Source of the DNA: Tubulanus polymorphus
Lineage: Eukaryota > Animalia > Nemertea
NCBI RefSeq assembly: GCF_964204645.1
Contig: NC_134034.1
Coordinates: 12,412,962 to 12,476,961 of the forward strand
Direction of reading: 5' to 3'
DNA length: 64,000 nucleotides
This document shows, one piece after another, positions 56,590-64,000 of the stretch; position 1 is the stretch's first letter, and every line of letters begins with the position of its first letter. Below the pieces are notes generated by a model. It was not told where the DNA came from, made no database searches, and saw only the letters and a program-made list of their open reading frames with translations. Both the position numbers and the translations under genes were made by a program.

Positions 56590-56700
56590 CCAGTCTAGCT
56601 TCTGGTGCGGACTGGTGCGCGCGCTGAAATCACCGGATTTGGACTAGGACTGGTGACCGCGCAGGAAACACCGGATTTGGACTGTTAAAACCCGGAAGTA
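56590..56700 (+). promoter_or_regulatory. GC-rich AVL9 proximal promoter
   Basis: Two CCGGATTTGGACT, two GGACTGGTG, GCGCGCGC and an ETS-like CCGGAAGT just upstream of the ATG at 56782. Confidence 0.55.
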
Positions 56701-56781
56701 ATTTTCGATTCGATTTTGAGATTTTTACTCGTCAAATGTCCCCTGATTTACGGACAGTTATGTGGCGCGTTTGATAAAGAA

Positions 56782-59700
56782 ATGTCGAGTGCAGGGATGG
56801 ATAAATGTGTCTTACACGTTTGTGTCGTGGGATTTCATCATAAAAAGGGATGCCAGGTAAATTAAAAACTTCCAAGAATCCGTCCGACCAAAATTCCAAA
56901 AACAAGAAAAAAAGACTGTTCCCCCAAAACACTGTAGTCACATTTAGCTGGCGGTCATCACTACCCCGGCAAACTCCTTTTTTTATCATGATGTTTTAAA
57001 CATACCTTGTATAAAATTGACCTCTTTCTATTAAAATTCTCTCTTCTTTCTTTACAAACAGTTAGAGTTTGCTTACCCGCCTCTAATAGAGGGTAACTCC
57101 GTCGACAGTCATGAATTACCCGACGTTTGGAAGCATTTACCATCGTTAGCCCTGCCAGACGGCGCCCATAATTACGAGAAAGACACGATTTATTTCCACC
57201 TGAAATCGAGAGACGATTCTTCTAACACGGTGTTCGGAGTTTCCTGTTATCGTCAAATATCGGCTCAGGTAAAATGAAAAAAACTCGATTCAGGGTTTCA
57301 TTAAATAGTTAATGCTAAAACGGTTAAGTTTGAACAACAAATGATATTGATATAATATATACATTGAATATATATAATATACAATGAATAATATGAAGTA
57401 ACCAATTTGATAGCTATTAAACCCTAAACCAGAAGCAATTAAACCATGACGCAGAAATGGCTTGAAAACTAGAATAAAGTCACAGTTAGATATTCTGTTG
57501 TTCTTGTATTAAAGTCTTGTACCGTAGCTTTATTTGATATTTCATGAGTCAGTTTCAGTCAGAAGTGGTCGAATCAATGGAAGTTTACAGATACAGAATA
57601 CAGTCATGTAGTAAATGTGACAACTTAAGACGAGTCCAAAGATATCTGACCACTTTTCAGGCTAACTCAACTTCGTCCTGTAGGTTGTTTAATTTTTCAG
57701 GATCTGATAAATAAAACTGCTGATATCACTAGAAGTACAGTACAGAAGAGTGTTTGTGTATTGAGTACTCTCGTAAGTCTGATATCTATCTGGTTGTTTT
57801 AGGGGTTACTAGTGTTCGCAATATACACCAGGGCTGGGTTTCATAGATGTGGAAGAAAAATAGTCCCTGGGAACATTTTGAAATTTGTCAGTTATTACCA
57901 TGGTTTCTCATTGTAACCATGGTGGTTGTCACCCAGATTGAGGATTTACCCCTAGGGATAACTTTGATACGCAGGCTATGAAACCAGGCCCTGGTGTCTC
58001 TACAGGGACCATTTTCATATATGCTTGACCTGTTGAATCTATCAGAAAAATCCAGTTAAATCTGCCTTTCGTTTCTGGGTGAAAAATCTTTTCTGATCTC
58101 GTTAATTTTCTTCCAGCCTCTGTACGGTCTGATACAGGCCAAACTAGAGCTGATCACTCATGCGTATTTCGAGGAACGTGATTTCAGCCAGGTGGCGCTG
58201 TTGGAAGCTATGTACACGAATTTGAACGCTCAAATCACCGCGAATCATATCAAAAGTCAAGCGTTTTTAGGTAACGGTTTCAAACCATACGAAACGTCAG
58301 TATTCCATTAGGAGGCTACGACTATATTGTATTTTCTTTTTTTTTTCTTTCAATTAAATATTTTTCAGGAATGTCAGCGCGCGATGTAGTCATTAAATAC
58401 AGACACAAAGTACTGATTCTATTTAAACTGTTGCTCCTAGAAAGAAAGGTAAAAAATAACTAAACTCTTGAGATGTCTTCGATCACCGGATGTGAGTTTG
58501 ACAGATTCGAGTTGGATTTCTTGCACCTAATTTGCTTCGAAGTCGGTTCGAACGCGGGAACATCAGCGGAACCTGATCCAAAATGAAACACAGTTTCATA
58601 GTAGAGTAGAGTTTAAGTTTATGAAAGTGGAATAATTCTATATGGATTCAAATTCAGCCAATAACTGTGGAACTGGGTCGCAGGACTTAGGAACTGGGTC
58701 GCATGGGAGTGATTGTAATAAAACTGTTCAGTAAGTGAAACCGAGTAAAGATTTATCTAATTCCTTGTTTTTAGGTGTTGTTTTTCATGTCTCCAGTTTC
58801 TACACTGAACAACGCGATGTTAGCAATATTATCACTGTTTCCTGGTGAGTACCGTAAACACGTATCAGTGACTCGAGTGAAAACTAAAACCCCTCAATGC
58901 TGACTGATTAATGCCTGAAAGTGCTGGATTTAATTTGAAAATTAAAGAAAAAGATTCCCAGTGTATTGAATAGCGAGTATACCGCTTAAGTGCGTCTACA
59001 CCAAGTGCTGCGATCTTTCAATAGAGATAGAAGATAATGATTAGTTATACTTCATCAATACACTGTGGTGCGGTGTACTCGTTCGTCACCTAATTAATTA
59101 ATACACGGCACTGCGGTGTAAACACACTGAAAGGGTTGATACAAAATGATTTCGATTGTTATGTTTCAGGTATGATTGAGAATGGATTAACGGAAGCAGC
59201 CGGAACAATCACGAGAAAAGTTTCCGCTACCCTCCGAGTCGATAGTTTCGGTGCCGATTTCATCGACGTATCCTATCTCCACGAAGACGACGACCTTGAC
59301 CCGCATGATGATAAACCGGATATCATCAAATCGCATCAGCCGAAATTAATGCTAGAAATGCCGTCGTCCAGGACAACTGCGAATAACTCGGGTTCGTAGA
59401 AATAAATCAAAATTCATCTCGGGAGTTTTTCTCCCAATTTTGATTTTCATCTCAATTTATTTATAGATAATTCGGGTAATTCCCCTCGAGTAACGCCCTC
59501 TAGTGGCGGAGGAACTCCTCGTTCGTCTGATCACGTGTTCTTCAGTTCGTCTCACGATTGTCCCGGTAAAGCGGTGCAGGTGGCGTCACCGGGCGGGTCG
59601 GCGGCGGAAGCGATCACTACTCAGCCGGGGATCGCCCCTGTTCCGTCGTTACCGTGCGTTCACACGGCCGCGTTACATCCCGAGAAAATCGGTTACCAAG

Positions 59701-62700
59701 GCAATGAACAATGCTCGCATTGTCGGCGAGCGTCTTCTAGTCAGAACGACGACGAACGAGCGTCGGTTAAATTTGAAATCGTTGCCGACGATTCTTTTAA
59801 AAAGTCGGAAGGGAATTCGACGTTTTACGCTCGGAATTCGACGGACGCCGCGAGAGCAGACGTCGAGCCGTTTGTGTTCTCCGACGTCGTCAATAGCGAT
59901 GACGAGATCACGTTTAAACAAGCCATCGCACGAGATTCGTTCCTCGAGAAATCGACGCCGGCGTTAACGGTTAACATAACTTCACCCGGCGGAACGATTG
60001 GTAAACCGGAATACACGGATCTGGACTCGCCGGAGAGTCTTTACGAAATCGATCGCGAGGACAACTTCCTGTGGGAGGACGATAAACTGTTACTCGAGAT
60101 CGAGGCCGAACTAGAGGACGATGGGAAGGCTAAGCAGACGTCGACGAGTCCCGAACTGATTTTAGATTTAAAAGGTGAAATCGACGCGCCACCAAGTGTT
60201 AGTTTAGATGAACCAAACGAGCAGACGGAGTCCGGGCAGACGACTACGACAGCTGGATTCATACGCGGTAAATTAAACCTCGTCGAAACTGATGAAACAG
60301 CCATCCACGTAGCGCCCCCTACAGCAACAGACGTTATCAGAAACATGACACCACCAGTCAGTCCGGTTAGATTACAGCAGGACGGACACGGATTTCCATT
60401 AGCTATTTTTACGAAAGTAAGTCATTGATAGAACAAGTTTCTTTCACCTTGGGGGGGGGGGGGTATACTAGAGAAGAACCTTTAATCAAAAAACATCGGA
60501 TTGGTCTAAAGATTTATGGAAAAATGATTTTGTTCTGATTTTCTTGTTTCTGATTTCAGGGATCCGTCTGCCACCCATATTTACCGTTACAATACTTCAA
60601 CATTCTCGAAGACGTCAACATTCGCAGTTTCGTAATCGGGGCAACGAATATTCTATTCAAACAACGGCGCCATCTAACAGACGTTGTGATCGGGGTAAGA
60701 GTTTAATCCCCCCATGAATTAACGAGATTTAAAATACAGCTCAACAATTGTCGACAGTTACTAGCTCTGAGTTAGAGTTAGTTCAATAAGTTAAATCTTA
60801 ATTCGCAACTGTGGAACTGAATCATGGCATATAAACATTTACATTTCTCTGCATTCACCTGCTTTTTAGGAGGGAGCTACGAATTTCGAATTTCACGACC
60901 CTGAACTGAGGAAAGCTCTGACATTGACGACAGCTGATTTGAGATTTGCCGACTATCTCGTTAAGAACGTACTCGGTGAAAATCTAGAAGATCTCTATCT
61001 CGACGGAACCGGTACGAAATGTTTTTATTCGTAAAATCATTGAATGCAAAGTTCAGCAAACAGTAGTTCAGAAAACACTGAGTGATTGAAAATACTGTTC
61101 AAAGGCACAATTTTATATCCTGGGTCCTCTGCCCGGTTTTATATCCTGGGCCCGGTTTTATAGACGTGTATTATCTCTAACCCAGGGGCTAATTCAATGT
61201 GTTAAAGATAAAACCGGTACCAGTAGATATAGCCACACCCAGGATATCAAAGCTACCCTTTGGAATAAATCCTTAAAACGATTGCGTTAGTTTTAGAGAC
61301 TGGTATCAGCTTAAACCCGATGGTTGACTGAATGAATAATTACTTGAGTTAGAATCTGTGGGTTTAAAGTTGATACCGGTCTCTTTAAACCTGGGCCTAG
61401 GATCGAAATCATTAGTTTATCCAAGTGAATGCTTGGGTATAAGTTTTCAAACAGTCTAGCATAACGAACACAAACTATTACTCTAAAATACATAATTAAG
61501 ATGAAAGCGTATTCTATTTAGATGATTTATCAAGTCTCGTCGGTAAGAGAAAACTCCATAACTGCATGAATCAACATTTTGAATCTTGTTTTCTCTGTAT
61601 TTTAAATTCGCATGTGATGTCTGGTATTTGCGCATTGTTTGCCCGCCGAAAGTTCGGATCAAAATATCTTTTATCAATCGGAATTTTGTTGTCAGGTGGC
61701 GGTAGACGGGCGATGAATTTTGGGGTTTTGCCCGGATTTTTGCTTGTTGCTTTTATTATCGTAGTTCCAATCTTTGCCGGTTCAATGAGTGCAAAAATGA
61801 ATTATCATCCAAAACTGAATGTCGATAAATGTCAAAAACTTTCAAACTAATCATTTCAGCAAGTCCTGGCATGTTCTTACTTCAGCAATTCAAGTCCACC
61901 CTATGGTTTTAAGTGTCTTATCTATTATTGAAACATGTTAGATCATCCGCCTGCCCATCTGAATGACATTTTAAGGAAATTAATTTGTTATAAGCTGTAG
62001 TAACGTCATCTCTTCATCATTTTAATGTGAACCAGCGTTAAAATATTGTGCTCACATTATTGAAATATCTTTACGCCCATAATCTGTTTCCATGTTGATA
62101 AAGACACTTGTCTCTCCTCTTGTTAAAAAAAAACAAAATACCCAAATAGATTTGCATTTGCTAACCTGTGACTGAGAATGGCAAAGCAGATCTGGGTTGT
62201 CTCAGGTACCTCCTTGGTTAGTCGTAACATGTCTGTGGCGATCATATATTTTCACAAACCACAAAGCTCATGCAATTATAAAAGCTTACCACCAATGATT
62301 AGGTTACTAACTACTCCTTGGCCTCAAAGTAACTAGGTACTACAACTACGCAGGATCCGATCTAAGCACATTTCTGATTGCCTGGGACAGGTATATTCTC
62401 ATCAAGGCTAGTAGTTTATCATTATCACTTGTCCCCCGGGCTAGTGAAATTTAATGACACAGAGCTTTTTTTCCCACTCGATACAACGGTGAATTGTGGC
62501 CACAAATTTGAATGCCTGTGTAGGGCAAGTAGCTTTTGGAGGGGGCAAGCGAAATTTCAGATGTGCTTGCCCCTCGGACAAGTGGATTTCATTCCTTAGA
62601 TCTGAACCTGCTATGACAAATTCTGATGTAGGGAATACTCCACCAGCTTGAGATGATGAGATCTACCATACGGTCTTAGGGGGAGGCGTTGACTAGAACC

Positions 62701-64000
62701 GATAGTAATCTTGTCTATTCTTTGTGAATAGGTTGGGAAGGTGGTGAAGAATGGATACGAGTACAATTTAAAGTGTACCTCACATCACTGATCGCGACTG
62801 TAGAATATTCAGGTAAGTCCGGTTGGACCACAGATGAAAATCTTTGGGCTCTAGAAGTTATGGCTAAACTCATTTTGGTTCTCGAGTCGATTTATAAAAG
62901 TGGTTTAGGCTTAAGAAAAAAATGATAACTTGTTTCTCCGCAGTTGCTGGGTCATTTTTCGGAAACCGTGATAAAATTCATTTCTATAACTGTCGGGTCT
63001 GTTATTGTGAGCTTGATCATGTTTTTAGATAAAGTGTAGTAGGTGGCCGGCCGGGTCAACTTTCAGGCTTAGCAGACGGGGAAACAAGGAATTTATTTTT
63101 TCTTAGCCTTGAAGTAGTGCTATTACTGATTTGTTGCTTTGAAGATCCGAATAACTGTCGTTTGTTTTTACAGGTGATGAGAAATTGTGCGACGAGTTTA
63201 ATACGAATTTCGTCCGCGCTTGGAAAACTACGCATAATTATAGAGTATGGAAGAGCGGGCAGCAGAAGCACGGTGATATCAGTGAAATGGACTGCGGGTA
63301 AGCATGCACCGAGGGTCTGGTTAGTTTACTAAGTCTTTCATAATCTGAATGATGGACTCACACCATTGTGAAAATGACAGAGGCGCATTTGTTTGAAATC
63401 AGTTTGTAGGAAAATCGTCTTTATTCATACTGGTTTACAAACCGGTTCACATAAACCGGCGTCTTTGTTCAGGCGTAAAACCTAAACGGTTTGCGTAAAC
63501 CAAACCGGTTTACGAGCGGTTTGCAACATCAAACTGACTTTTCCAACATGGCCGAATATGGGAATTTCCGCTGTCATCTGACTCAAACCGACTTTTCGTT
63601 CTGTCGCATTTGTTCATTCTACGGCAACCGATATAAACAGGTTTATACAATCCGATTTCAAACAAATTCGCCTCAGGTTACTGACTAGGAAGGGGCGTAC
63701 ATAGTTAATACTACAATGGAACCTCTATACAACGAACTTCCCGGGACCAGAAAAATATGTTCGTTATAACCGATAGTTTGTTATGTCCAACAGAAAACAA
63801 TCAATTTGGGCTTATTATTCGTGACGAAATTTGTTTTATGCGACGAATGATTGTATCCGAGTTGGTTATAACTAGGTTCCACTGTATCGCTTAATAGCAA
63901 GGTGCATTTTGAGTTCAGTCAATGAATTCAAATTGTTTTTATACTTCAGACATCCGTGTCGCGGTCAAATAGGTATAGGAGATATGAAACTACGCATACA
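56782..64000 (+). CDS. AVL9: Late secretory pathway protein AVL9 (DENN-related), 3' end beyond the window
   Basis: Exons 56782-56856, 57062-57268, 57701-57772, 58117-58270, 58369-58448, 58775-58844, 59170-59391, 59467-60416, 60560-60694, 60870-61011, 62732-62812, 63174-63297, 63950->64000. Motifs: VVGFHHKKGCQLEFAYPPL, LALPDGAHNY, FGVSCYRQI, TRSTVQKSVCVL, IGATNILF, LTTADLRFADYL, GWEGGEEWIR, WKTTHNYRVW. Confidence 0.95.
63714..63884. mobile_element. Tc1/pogo-like MITE with TA TSD
   Basis: TA|caatggaacct...aggttccactg|TA. A similar TA-CAG...CTG-TA element lies at ~7235-7393. Confidence 0.65.

Overview
Intron-rich invertebrate animal genomic DNA (species not determinable from the sequence). Left part: last exon of an unidentified + strand gene, then four minus-strand housekeeping genes: a WRN-type RecQ helicase with no exonuclease domain, a SUMO1-type gene, an intronless DDX49 and DDX42. 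Right part: AVL9 on the + strand, running off the window. DDX42 and AVL9 are head-to-head but separated by ~26 kb (30.4-56.5 kb) with no intact protein gene. That interval holds two convergent paralogous units (+ strand ~30.5-41.2 kb; - strand ~56.2-43.1 kb) and a stub of a third. Each full unit has, near its 5' end, a long fold-back stem (~235 bp and ~165 bp) around a ~300-nt loop. The arm differences strongly favour G:U pairing on the unit's own sense strand. The loops are distantly homologous but the stems are unrelated, and one stem is a fragment of an RTE-type retrotransposon ORF. Downstream, both units share repeated exon-intron modules with conserved splice sites but broken reading frames, and structured 3' elements showing compensatory base changes. 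Best interpretation (inference): a family of spliced hairpin-RNA (endo-siRNA precursor) genes with a shared scaffold and exchangeable dsRNA cargo. All alignments and counts were done by hand and are approximate.
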